A stretch of 37,674 nucleotides of DNA from Catajapyx aquilonaris (taxonomy: Eukaryota). Shown here in pieces: positions 10,667 through 22,776 of this stretch (positions within the stretch are counted from its first letter, which is position 1; each line of letters starts with the position of its first letter). The stretch is from assembly GCA_000934665.2 (NCBI GenBank), contig KZ538980.1, positions 1 through 37,674 on the forward strand, read 5' to 3'. The notes beneath the pieces were generated by a model that ran no database searches, was not told where the DNA came from, and saw nothing but the letters and a program-made list of their open reading frames with translations. A program made the translations under genes and the position numbers.

Positions 10667-11329
10667 CATTGTATTGTTATTAACCAAGCATTTTAAAGCA
10701 TTCACTTAAGAAATTGTTTTTTTTTCACACCTTTCCTCCCATTAAAACGCAGGTTCCGAAATTAGGAACCCTTTTTTTAAAGGGAAAAAATGTGTGTTTT
10801 CACTTTTTCAATTTTGTGCTTTTTCCTGTGAATTAAAAAAAAAAAAATTGCGGGACCTATTAAGTAAATGTTCAATGTATTAACATTCATTTTCCTTACA
10901 TTGCTGCGTTCAGCCATTTTCTAACAAGAGGAAAACAACATAGGGTGCCGAAATTTGGGCATCTTACCCTCTACCGGTATGGTAATTTTATTAACTTACT
11001 AATCGTGAAGGTGGTGGGAAGTATGCCTACGTATAACATTTGCACAAGTATAAAATAATGACAAAGTTTTAAGTTTCAGGACATGGCGAATATTTGTTTA
11101 CGCTGTCATTACGGTAATGATAAAAATTATTAACTTGTAATAATTTATGATGAAAGCGACAGTGTCTTAAAACACTCAGTCATACAATGCAGGAAATAAA
11201 CTATGGTTGGAAAATAACAACTTTCGTTACCATACTCTTTAACCTTTTAGCTAATACTGCCCCAGGTATGCACAATGCATTATCCAACATAATCGAAGAT
11301 TTTATCCTTAATATATATAAATTTTTAAA

Positions 11330-11660
11330 ATAGTTATTTCCCCTCCTGGCAGGTACATGACCTAGAATGGGGGTGGGGGGGGGGGGAGGTGGAACACCAC
11401 CATTTTCAGACTTCAGTCTCCGGTGCAGAGAAGAAAGGACACTAGGTGGAGATAGGGATTTGTTGGGGACGTTGGGGAGGAGACACAGGTGCAAGTACAA
11501 TGTCATGCTGTGGGGTCGTGTGCAGTCTCCCTGGAGGTTAGGTTGCCAGACACCTTCACGGCGCAGGTCCGAGACCTCCTGACGCAAGTGAAAGGGAACT
11601 CCCGGGCGGGGACGAACCCGGGACCATGGTTGTAGAAGACTCAGGTTAGGTCACTCCCCA
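11330..11660 (-). mobile_element. SINE-like element related in body and tail to the 31049-31514 SINE
   Basis: Shares gggaggtgg(a/t)acaccaccat, ctccggtgca and ggggtcgtgtgcagtc with 31130-31275; B-box-like ggttcgtcccc on the minus strand near 11610-11620. Confidence 0.6.
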
Positions 11661-11667
11661 CCCACCC

Positions 11668-11989
11668 CCTGCCGAGGGGTTTTGCAGCCGGTGCTCACCT
11701 GAGACCGCCACGAGACATTTCCCAGAGCATTTATGTGGCGACCCTACCGGACTAAGGCTGAACTTTACAGGTACGAAAGGGAAGCGCTACATGCTGGCCC
11801 AACATGGCCGCCGGCGGCCATGTTGGGCCTGCATGTAGCGCTTCCCTTGCCCCCTTGCCCCCAAATGTAGCCCTCCCCTTTCGTACCTGTAAAGTTCAGC
11901 CTTAGTCCGGTAGGGTCGCCACATAAATGCTCTGGGAAATGTCTCGTGGCGGTCTCAGGTGAGCACCCGCTGCAAAACCCCTCGGCAGG
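11668..11989. repeat. Nested near-perfect palindrome: ~113-bp outer arms, 72-bp loopless inner palindrome, ~30-bp asymmetric bulge
   Basis: 11668-11781 vs 11877-11989 (1 mismatch seen); inner 11777-11848 centred at ggccgcc|ggcggcc. Confidence 0.95.
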
Positions 11990-12469
11990 TGATAAGCCCA
12001 GAAGATATAGGGGTAGTGTCCGTGGGCTGCCCGGGACCTTTCACTCAGCAAGCCGAGACGTTGCCATCTCGGCCACCATGCCTCCCCCCTTTATCTTTAA
12101 TATGTGCTTATATACAAGTACAACCGGTCTTTATCAGGGTCCCCTACATGGTTGGGGGAGGCACTCATGGAGGTTACCCTGGTCTTTATATAAAGGAAGG
12201 TTCGCGAGAGCCCGAGAACTGCTGAGGTCTGCTAGCGAATTATGGTTGCCCTCTTCGGTGGTTAATTTAATAATGTTGATTCATTCCATGATTGTAATTT
12301 CAGCACCAAGAGCTAAAAGTTACGAAGCGTAATGTTAAAAATCGTACCTAAAAAGATCTCCGCGTGTCCAATAATATTCCGTGACCTTCTGCGAGGGCGT
12401 GTGGTTATAGTCTACATGAGTAAATTTATATCTCAATACAAAGAGGTCCGGTCAAAAACTTCCTTTTAA

Positions 12470-12594
12470 GGGCCGGTTTCACCGAGCTCAGTATATGATA
12501 AAACCAGGGTATTTCTCAAAATCCCTATCTATTTGTATGGATTTTCCTAAAGAAACCTGGTTTTATCATATACCAAGCTCGGTGAAACCGGCCC
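12470..12594. mobile_element. PIF/Harbinger (Tourist-like) MITE
   Basis: TIR gggccggtttcaccgagct...tatatgataaaaccagg; TAA TSD at 12467-12469 and 12595-12597. Confidence 0.92.
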
Positions 12595-13510
12595 TAATGA
12601 TATAGTTCAAGTGGAATAACCCGCTTCATAATATTTTCGATTGTTCCACGTTTTGGACATTGTCGCATTTTCTTTCCTTTTTGACCGTCCGAGTGTTTTT
12701 GGCCAGCTCTGATGTTGTTGTTTTATCTTGACTCCGTTCTGAGTTTTTGATTCCGGAGTCTTGCAGCTTGTTCAGCCTGTTATCACACGGATATTTTGTG
12801 TGTGTTAATACTATACAGTATCCATTTGTTTGGGTTTGGACGTGTTAAGTGTCCTGCATGACGAGTGTTGGTACGTGCTTTCGTTGTGTGCGTTGAGTGT
12901 TGCTGAATTGAGTCTACTTATTTGGGTTACCAGTAGCACCATACATAACATGCACGTTACGTGGGAGATGGTTTGCAGGGTAAGTATAGTCTCTGCTTGA
13001 TTTCTAATGATAGGCTATTGCTACTTTAGCTGTACAGCGACTCGTAGGTAACATTATCTGCTTACTAATATAAGCCCAAACTCTTTCAACATGTTCTGTA
13101 ACATATGAGAGAACTTGTAGATCTATGGTAATGAGTCAAAGCTGTAAAAATGCACCTGTTCGTTCCACAAGGAGTATGGTAGAATTCAACATTTGAAGCT
13201 CGGCAATGATTTATCTCGAGAGATTTTTTCTATAGTCATGCGGACCATCGAGTGTGAAAATGGCCCTTTGGGATCAGGTGACTGGGAAGGAGGAAGCAAG
13301 AGGTTTGTTTGCAATGGTCTGCTTTGGAGTCAGTGCCATGGATCCCTCGGGAGATTTATACGAAGACACTATTCCAGTTGTCCCCCATCCCTCTCCTCAA
13401 TAACCCCCATCCTCTTTCCTCCCACGCTCTTGTCGAAGAGGGAGAGAAAAAGCCAGAAAGGAAAACTCTACATCTACTGCCTGTGTCATCTGAGTAGATG
13501 TGGTGTACTA

Positions 13511-13583
13511 TATCGCTCAAAAAGGTTGAGACGATTTCGCATCGAAGCGGAATTCAATATCGTCTCCATCTTTTTGAGCGATA
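13511..13583. repeat. Imperfect 25-bp inverted repeat (likely MITE core)
   Basis: tatcgctcaaaaaggttgagacgat / atcgtctccatctttttgagcgata. Confidence 0.7.
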
Positions 13584-14146
13584 CAGTAATCGAATGACCC
13601 AGCTCCAGCGCAGACTTGAGGTGTGTATAGATGCAGATCAGGCCATTTCCGACACTGTTTTCGGTTAGGAATATTCTACAGTACAGTGCTATTTGCTAGT
13701 GAGTTATCCCCCCTTTTATAATACGTACCAAAGTAGTATTTCGATGCACCAATATTAAGAAACTTACCGGTGGTTGGTCCAATATTATAGGAAAGTGACT
13801 GCCTACATTGTTCGTGCAGGGGAAAAAATCATAATGAATGTTTTAAATGGACGACAGGAGCCTCAGGTCGACGCCTCTTGTTCTTGTTCTGGCTACAGGT
13901 GGAACAGTAGGAAAGCCAACTCATTAGAACTGTGCTCGTAACGCGAATATATAATGCATACCCCGCATACTGCACGCTGGATAATTTATCAGGCAGCATA
14001 TCCCCTGAAGACGTGGAAAATGGATCTCTAATAGGCTACTCAGCTCCCAATTAGCTGAAATTCAACATATTATGTATATTCTCTCTCTCCAATTCCCCGA
14101 TACAAATGAGTTCTCTCTCAAGATGGTGCAGGGGTAGTAGTAGTAG

Positions 14147-14303
14147 TGTAGCCCCCGAATGAGGTCTAAAAAATAAAAATAAAAATAAAATACTGTAATT
14201 TACAAACATGCTCTTGTAATATGCATGCATATTACAAGAGCATGTTTGTAAATTACAGTATTTTATTTTTATTTTTATTTTTAGACCTCATTCGGGGGCT
14301 ACA
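14147..14303. repeat. Loopless palindrome, ~78-bp arms
   Basis: Centre atgca|tgcat (14225/14226); arms differ only by one base in an A/T run. Confidence 0.97.
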
Positions 14304-15299
14304 TATGATTGCAATAAATCCAGTGTCAACAATAAAAATGGGAAACCCTGCATCGCAAAAAAGATAGATGTATGCCACTGGTAGTAACGATGCGTGACCA
14401 CGGGGTATGGGAAGGAGGGGTTAACTCATTTTCACCGTGATCCTGACGAAAATAGGAGGCCTATTGAATCCTTAAGTTTGTCGTGTATCATCTCTCACAT
14501 CTATCAAAGTAAAATGATTACCGACTCTAACTGGCAAAACAGACGTTGTTATGCTTTTCACAATAACCTTTTCCGGTTGACCGACCGGCCGACCGACAAA
14601 CAGGTCAGAATGAAATGAGGGGGTTGCGGGATGTTGATTACAAAGCCCGAAATGAAACATGTTTGCAGAGCTTGCGGATATGTATCGCGTAATTTCTGGT
14701 GTAGATGGCACAAGGGGGGCACGAGTGCAAACATAACAAAAACCGGCGGTCTTCACAAAGGAAAATTAGATCCGTATACTAAAAATGGTTGTTTTTCCTT
14801 CCGATTAACAATGAATGGGCCGGGTTGTACTACACAAGGTGAAAGTTGATTTTGGCCGAATGTAACATGCCGATAGTATCTTTTACAGCCGGCCTCTCTG
14901 GATGTGAACTAGTATGATACAAGTAAAGCAGTGAGCTTCCGTTTGAAGCCACACTTGGAATCCTTGCAAAGAATCTCAAAGGTATGAAAGGAAGAAAAGA
15001 ATTGCCATCATATCCTTTTCAACCGTGGAACTAATTACGAGTATCCTGAGAGAAGATCAGCATAATGTGCAACAGTCTATATATTTTTACATTGCTGCGT
15101 TCAGGTATTCCATTCCTTTTTAGAGTACGGTACTATTCATTTTGATCTTAGCGCAGTACTTTGTACTGAATCATTTACTTTTTTCCTAACGGTGATTCAA
15201 AGAGCTGATTAAAAAAAAATGACGCATCTATAGGTTGCACTGTTCAGCGACGTAAAATATACAGTTATTTCAGTATAAAATTATTCTACTCGAAATCAC

Positions 15300-16950
15300 C
15301 TCTATAGGCACCACTGAAATGAAACAGGCCGGATTTTGCATAAGGTGCAGTACAGCAACAGACTGCAACTGGACCGAACCTTTAAGTGTTCCTTCCCACC
15401 CACCCCCATAACCCCATTTCTGGTCATAAAAATCTGGGAAGGAAGCTGGCAGTTGAAAGGCTTAAGCCAAGCAATTTTAATCTCCGGGCAAGATCCGCTA
15501 TTTACGGGCCCTATGCCTCCTCCTTAAGCCGAATTAACTTGGCCGTAAGATCCCCTAGTGCAGTCTTTTGCCGGCAGTAAAGAGATGTGGGTGGTATAGA
15601 GGAGGTGGGTGGAAGGAGGGAATGGGGAGAAAACAATAAAATAAAGAGTGCTCTTGAGGAAGTGCGGCCTAAAGGGACGCTTCTGATACCAAGGGTGAAA
15701 CAATGGCTGTTGTACCAAGAACTGGATGGTTAAGAAATAAATAAGAAATCTTCTGGCGCCATTCATGTCCGAATGAGGTTGATTGGCAGTGACATCGAGA
15801 AGGAGGAGAGAAACTAGGAGTGATGGGAGCCTAGAAGGTTGATCAATTTCTCTAATTCTAGAGCACCTGTGATTTTTGCACTAGCTCAAGCCGCGTCTGC
15901 TGGCAACTCCACCCACCCTTTTTTACGTGGCGGAAAATTTCCCGCGTCAGTTCTTTTTAGCAGCCGATAAATCCCTGGGAAAACTTGTTCCCGGAGGCTC
16001 ATTCCACTCAAGAGCCACCCTAAACCGGCGGGGAAGGTCCTAATCCTTCCTCAAAACCGATTAACACCTTACCTAAAACGCTAGAGTGTTTCTCCAAAAG
16101 TGGGAAACGTCGGAAACTAAAATCGATTAATAAAGCCAAGGGAGTTGAAGAGGCCCAAAGTGGCCGCATCCATATCTTGGGGGTCCTCTAGTTGTTCTTT
16201 TACCTGGCCAACTTAGAACGCAACGCCTGCTTTGCTTTCAGGGTTTGATCCGTTCTAGTGGCTACTTGGGTCCAGATTTCAGGGCAAGGCCTACTATATA
16301 AAGCAAAATTTAAAAAAAAGGAAAGTCGAGTGCGTCTGAAAAAAAGGTGGTCCATTTTTTTTTGTAATCCATGTCCTCCTGTCTTTGTGGACGAGAAAGG
16401 GTTGTCAGTAGTCCTAGGCTCTCCGAGCTCCGGTGGCCTCTTCGCAAGATAGGCTGTGTATAATTTATGATTTTCATATTTCATTTCTGCTCCAGCAATT
16501 TCTCCTTGGGAGGAAGAAGAGTCCAGCCGAGAAATTGCCATCGATTTCCTCCCCTCCCAGCCTCCCTCCCGCCCCGTCCACCGTCCCATCCCATGCTGTG
16601 TATTTGCAATGGCGGCACCAGCTGCAGCAGCAGCAAACCCTTTTGTGGTCGTTGACGCTAGGATGCCCAGCGAGCATTTTCCTCGCCCTGAAACTGTCAC
16701 TCAACTTGCTTCTCGAGCTCTCCACTTGGATATACCCTAGCCTGCATTCAAGCATTGGACATGAGCAAATTGGTCCTCCCACAAGGGACCAGTTCGCGGG
16801 ACTCAACCTCCTTTCATCCTGGAACGGTTTCTCCCAATGGATGCCGCACTTTACTGCTCAATGGTTCCTAGTACAAAAAAGATCTAATCCCTGCCTTACC
16901 TGCGTACAGGTACTCCCATTTAGTTACAGGATGTGTTTCAATACGCAGGC
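15300..16950 (-). mobile_element. Highly decayed non-LTR retrotransposon 3' region (post-RT / RNase H-like)
   Basis: Broken minus-strand frames with faint LINE-like segments (LECRLGY...SKL...RKMLAG; VALEW...AAKK; PWY). Boundaries approximate. Confidence 0.3.
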
Positions 16951-17189
16951 CATGCACGACCTGCTTTCATTGCAAAAGGTCGTAGCCTACTAGCTAAATA
17001 ATGTAGCCCTATATCCTTGCATTGAAGCTGCATTAGGATCAAAAGCAAACTGCAGAAACTCATTTTGACTATTTTGTACATATTTTAAAATATTATTTAT
17101 TGTAAAATTTGCATTTTTATGCAAGCTTTCGCTGACTAATAAATTGAGTAGCTATAGAGGCGCCAATACGCCATCCACTTTATCGTGTA

Positions 17190-17511
17190 CTATAGCTGCG
17201 GCAGTAGCGGCACCCGGCGTTGCCCGGAAAGAAATGAATGAAGGGAAAACACCTGCCAGTACCCCCGTCAACTGTCTGTCTTTCTGTGTGTCCGGCCACC
17301 AATGACATCTGTGGTCCTGCTACTCCAACACCTTCAACCTCTCCCGCCTGTATAACGGCAACTGTCATTTGCCTCCACTGTAGTCAACCCCCAACACCTC
17401 CATCCTCTCCCGGCCTGGGGGTGGAGCACAGATGGCAGGCAAATGACGGTTGGCAGGCGCACAGACAGACAGAGAGGCAGACAGACTCACAAACTACTTT
17501 ATTTATATAGA
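17190..17511 (-). mobile_element. Non-autonomous Helitron, copy 1
   Basis: Minus strand: A|TCTATAT start, (CTGT)n-like repeat, 3' hairpin ccgggcaacgccggg, ends cta(ta)g|T; close copy at 21907-22247. Confidence 0.88.
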
Positions 17512-19208
17512 TATTCTATATTCAGCAACTTCTGAACTTCTGTAGCTAAATAGTGCGCTGGGGAATATTAAAAGAAAGCCAAGTCGTCATATCTTATATT
17601 GTACCGTACCGCTTGAGGCAGTCTTGACCCAAGTAAAATATGGCGGCCGTCACGGCAGTTGACCTCAGCGGGAGCAATGGGAAAGGATAGCCTGGAGTTA
17701 TTTCCTCTATTGGCCTCAGTCGTATGATAGAAGAACTCTTCTCCGCTCAGAGAACATAGAGGAGATAATGAAAATCAACGAACCTAAGAAAGCGACTCCG
17801 ACTGTTTCCTGCTACTTGTATTTACATTATTTTCACTTAAGTTTTAATGTACAACATTTATTATTCCACGCCTTTTGGCACCATTTTCGCAGATTGTGTA
17901 TCTCCAGGAAAAACAAATAGGCAGATTTCTGACAGGATGAATGATTTCAGGGCGTTGTCGTTACATATTTAATATAAGATTTTTTTGTGAACTGTATGCG
18001 TCTCTGGTGGTATAGGCTATAATATGGAGTTTTTCTGCACATAACTTGCACGAAGAGTAATGTATCGCATATAGTAGGAGGAAGGGTGCTTTCAAGAAAA
18101 ATGCACACCAATTGCACTCTCGTTTCATTTTGTCTCCCCTGCTATGGTAATCTAGTAGAAAGGAAATGGTGCTCAACCATTACCGGCACTTGCACTGCAG
18201 GAATAACGGAGTATGAGGCGGGGTGAATAGAAACACTTTTCATATTACGTGCTCTATCTTTTTCAAAAGGTATCTATGAAAACCCTTCATTACAGTATTA
18301 TACTGCGGGTTTCAGAATTGAACTCTTTCGTAGGCCCTACTGTATATTCGTGGGTTGGAATAGAAGCCACGGTGTGAATTTTAGAATTAAAATATCTGAG
18401 CCTTTACAGTGATGTAATTGTGTGTAATTTTTAATAGCTCTACACGAGTCCACCTGACGTGATAAAGAAATTAAACGATCTAGCAGAGAAAGTCATCAGC
18501 GGGAAACAAAAGAAGAATGACACCCCCGCACCGACTAAAAAAAACATAATAAAGGCTCACACAGGCTGCCATTTTTCTCAGCCGAGCTTCATAAGCTTAT
18601 TTTAAATTGTCATTGAAGTGTTAAAAGGACCTACAACTTAATTATCTGGTAAAAGTGGCCTTCACATTTGAATACCATGCCGCTATGGCTATGGCGGCAT
18701 CATGCCGCTATGGCTAATCAAAATTTCTCAGCTTTTCCAGTCTGGTTTACCCTTTTTTGCTTAAATTTGATAGCATAATAAATGATTCACAATTATGCAA
18801 TAATGTTCGCGAAAGATATGGGAAAGGCCAACATACACGATTTGTTCAGCATACTTCAGTAAGGTGTAGGCTACGTTCTCTCATGATACATTTTGAAGAA
18901 TGTTTCATAATGATTCACACAAACTTCTAGGATGAACTTTTGGGCACCAAAGGATCACATCATGTGCCTCTTGGTCTCGGCAGCCACTTTAATGAGATAA
19001 TAGTCTTCAAACACAAGGTATCAAAATATATTCTCACATGTGAATGAGTCTCCGAGCGACATTGTCTTTTTATTTAAAATATGGTGTTGCTACGCAATTT
19101 TAATTTAATCTGCGACCTTGTAAAGCATTGGAAGTTTCGTGACGTATATGAGGTGGTGTAATATACTCTGATTAATTCGAATATGACATTAACGGGACTA
19201 CACTCTCA

Positions 19209-19335
19209 TGCCTGGTTGCACCAACAAAATTACCGGTCCAATAGCTCCTAATGGACAGATAGGTAGACCTTTTAACATGTGCTATCGGTCCGTTAGCAGC
19301 TATCGGACCGGTAATTTTGTTGGTGCAACCAGGCA
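19209..19335. mobile_element. PIF/Harbinger-like MITE
   Basis: TIR tgcctggttgcaccaacaaaattaccggtcc; 3-bp TSD TCA (19206-19208 / 19336-19338). Confidence 0.9.
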
Positions 19336-19444
19336 TCAGTCTTGTAACCCTTTACGGTAACACTAAGAGATGCAAATAGAGGTTACTGGGAGCGGCGTAA
19401 GAGTTACAAGTGCATGTATAACTCCTACATCTCAAGGTTACATA

Positions 19445-19840
19445 CAGGGTGTCCACGCTAACTTTGGCAAACATCACAGGGTGGGTAGAGGCCCCATAGG
19501 CAAGTATTTTGAGCTTCGGTACCCATGTCCGGAAATTCCCCCATACGGGGGTATGGCCGTTTCCAACTTTAGTATGTTGCGCCTGGTGGGTAGGCAACCC
19601 ATCGTACTCGAAGGTTGCGTTCATCAGGTTTCTCACGTGACACCCGCAATTGTTTTCCTGATGAACGCAAGTTTCGAGTACGGTGGGTTGCCTACCCACC
19701 AGGCGCAACAGCCCAAAGGTAGAAACGGCTGTACCCCCGTACGGGGGCATTTCCGGACATGGGTACCGAAGCTCAAAATACTTGCATATGGGGCCTCTAC
19801 CCACCATGTGATGTTTGCCAAAGTTAGCGTGGACACCCTG
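19445..19840. mobile_element. Tc1/mariner-type palindromic MITE
   Basis: TA|cagggtgtccacgc...gcgtggacaccctg|TA; ~180-bp imperfect arms. Confidence 0.93.
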
Positions 19841-20233
19841 TATACGCGGGAGACCAACTGGCCCTTTTAGATATAATTACAGTATACGGTACTGTATAGG
19901 GAGATCCTGGAGCTCAGCAGGACAACACCTTTACTTATGACGTTGATGTTTCAACCATCATCCGCTGCGCTGTGGTAAATCTTACATCTAGTCAAAGTAT
20001 AATATTATTATTGCATGAACTGCCTCGCGTAAAAGTGATCGTGACGTTCAACAGGGGTTGTTCGCAAGATTCTTCAAGTTTTAAAAATGAAAATTGCAAC
20101 CTTTTTCACAAATCGAGTGTTATGAAGCTCTTTTTAGAAGAATGTTCGGCATCCACGCCCAAGAAAGGATGTCATCAATTTTCTCCCGTATAGATCTACT
20201 TTTGATATGCCTGGTATGAATCAGGTAAGAAAA

Positions 20234-20545
20234 CAGGGGCGGATCCACGGGGGTCATGACCCCCCCCCCCCCCAAACCGTGGGATGTGAAATATTTTCTA
20301 AATTTTAATCTGCAAATTAGGGTGAGTTTTTTTGGAAAAAGTGCTACCAATTTCATCAAATACTGTATACACCCATTCAAGTCTCCCACATTCACCTAAG
20401 CTCGTGTGTGTGACCTTGAACCCCCCNNNNNNNNNNNNNNNNNNNNNNNNNNNNNNNNNNNNNNNNNNNNNNNNNNNNNNNNNNNNNNNNNNNNNNNNNN
20501 NNNNNNNNNNNCCCCCCCCAAATCGAAAGTCTGGATCCGCCCCTG
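20234..20545. mobile_element. hAT MITE (spans N-gap 20427-20511)
   Basis: TIR caggggcggatcca / tggatccgcccctg; 8-bp TSD taagaaaa (20226-20233) / tatgaaaa (20546-20553). Confidence 0.9.
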
Positions 20546-21906
20546 TATGAAAATATAGGTTTTTGACACCTTAGAATTCATATTTGCTGTCAAAAATGCA
20601 AAAAGACTCGTCTTTAAAAAAGTTATCGGATTAGTTTAGAAGGTCCACTACCCCATCTGCTATAAGCCCAAGGAGGGTAGATTAGGAGATTAGACTTATC
20701 TGACCCCCTCCTACCAGGACCACCACTGTTGCAATTTACAGCTCTACAATTCGTTTGGAAGTTCATCATGTTCTGATTCCTACTTATATTTAAGGTTGAT
20801 GCCTCATTTGACATATTCATTTCAGAGTTGTTAGCGACATGCCAGAAACCCCGTTGAAAGGTGACGCGGTTTTCACCTCGGATGACTATATATTCTCTTG
20901 CGCATAAAATCTTGGTTGGCCACACCTGAGCTCTCCTTGGCAGGCGGGTCGGGGTAAAAGAGAGGAAGAAAAAGACACTCTTCTCCCTCCCAGGCAGGCT
21001 GGGGCTACGACAAAGGCTAAAAGGAGTAGATTGGGAGGGAGGAGGTGTTCTCGGTAGGGAATTCTCCCTCTTTCCTCCCTCCCTCCCTCTCCTCCTTCCA
21101 CCACCGCCCCGGGATACAACAGGGCATGTAATGCGATTTGCTCAAAACACCGCAACCTTGTAATTACGAGGATGGTTGAGGAAAGGAAAAAGGCGGTTTC
21201 CTCGACACATCCCGGCCGGTTTATGAGAAACGAAGCCTCGTAAAACATGACGTGGCGAAGGCTCCGCTGGCTGGGGTCTGCCTTTCAGCCCCCCCCCCCC
21301 CCCNTTTTTTTTCGACCACTATTATTGTTTTATGTTGTCAACTTGGCCGGCGCTTTATGGATATTGAGTCGCTTCCCAGAGCTTTGCGTCCCCGAACTGG
21401 ACTGTACTGTTTCGCCACAATTAGTTGGTGCACCTGCGATGCTCCAAGAGTAAAGAAGAGATGGGTAGAAGAGTCAACAAGTGCTTTTCTGCTTCCTTTT
21501 CCGGTGGAACAAAGGATGTCGCCAATCTCCTTTTGTGTTCCAAGCGTATTATGCGCTTCCAAGTGCGTAATTTATAACAGTAATGTCATTACCGACACCA
21601 AAACTCTTGCCAAGAAATTGAATGCGTGCCCTCCAGTCTTCTGTTAGGCCGTATTATATAAAGTTGTGCGACCTGTAAGTCGGCGGTAATAACACTGAGC
21701 GTTTCACATTAAGGTAACGCTGCGCTGGGGACATAAGGTAAAATTTTAATCAAGCTGTGTTTCTAAGAGTTCACAAGTATGTGTACGGGAAAGCTTAAGT
21801 TGTTTGAACATTACTGAAGAAACTTGAGCCTAGCAATAAGGTGGCTATAGGAAAATGTATAATATGTTACCGGCAATGCGTGAAATACCTAGGCATTATA
21901 TTTATA

Positions 21907-22247
21907 CTAGCTGCGGCACCCGGCGTTGCCCGGGAAGAAATGAATGAAGGGAAAACACCTGCTCGTACCCCCGTCAACTGTCTGTCTTTCTGTGTGTCCG
22001 GCCACCAATGCCATCTGTGGTCCTGCTACTCCAACACCTTCAACCTCTCCCACCTGTATGACGGCAACCGTCATTTGCCTGCCATCTGTATTCAACCCCT
22101 AACACCTCCATCTTCTCCCGGCCTGGGGGTGGAGCATAGATGGCAGGCAAATGACGGCTGGCAGGCGGACAGACAGACAGAGAGGCAGACAGAGAGACAG
22201 ACAGACTCACAAACGGCTTTATATATATAGATAGATAGATAGATAGA
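21907..22247 (-). mobile_element. Non-autonomous Helitron, copy 2
   Basis: Minus strand: (TCTA)n-TCTATATATA start, (CTGT)n, hairpin cccgggcaacgccggg, CTAG|T end at 21907. Confidence 0.92.
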
Positions 22248-22776
22248 TTGCCTGACGTTTTTAGGCAATGTATGAAAATAATGAATGTGTTTTCATACTT
22301 TGCCTATAGGCATTTTATATAATGCCTAGGCATTATTATAGAATGACGAGTACTCTTTAGGCAAAGTGTGAAATGACAAATGAGCGCATTAAAAATGCAA
22401 TTATTGCCATTTACTCGGAATGGAACGGCAGATAATATGAAATGAAATTTTGCGCTCTTCTGCTTGGGTCAGGGATGGAGTTGCGCTTTGTGTTGGTGAT
22501 GCTATATGGCTTTGTGTTACCGCAACAGTACCGTCCTTTATTGTGGCCCTGCCAGGCACGGTTCGTCGCCTTGCAGGATATTTTTAGTTAATGCGGAGCG
22601 TTAGCGGAGCTGGGCGCTTATTGTGGGTTTCGTATCCGCAACATTTACTGTCCGTCTTGTGGCGCCGCATGCCAACGAACGTTATTGTAGCTCTAATGCT
22701 GCTGAAAGGTGAAGTGTAAGACAGTGTTGATAATGGAGTTTCTCAATGAAACTTGGCACAAATATATAGGTTAGTT

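Noticed and set aside
10896..10913. 18-bp exact match ttacattgctgcgttcag with 15087-15104
   Set aside because: Does not extend; cannot distinguish a shared old repeat from chance
10076..10970. Inverted motifs gttcctaatttcgga / tccgaaattaggaac and a Tc1/pogo-like end near 10942-10970
   Set aside because: Probably a DNA transposon relic around the SINE, but no paired termini or TSD could be fixed
16433..16993. Longest ORF (186 aa) with a short poly-Q
   Set aside because: Low complexity, no recognisable domain or splice context; probably antisense to a decayed LINE
19352..19870. Overlapping 151-aa and 166-aa ORFs on opposite strands with similar peptides
   Set aside because: Consequence of the palindromic MITE at 19445-19840
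20427..20511. N-run as a possible feature (also 616, 21304, 34144-34150)
   Set aside because: Assembly gaps, each next to a C homopolymer
20620..21250. Minus-strand ORFs that might be LINE RNase H remnants
   Set aside because: No convincing motif by eye
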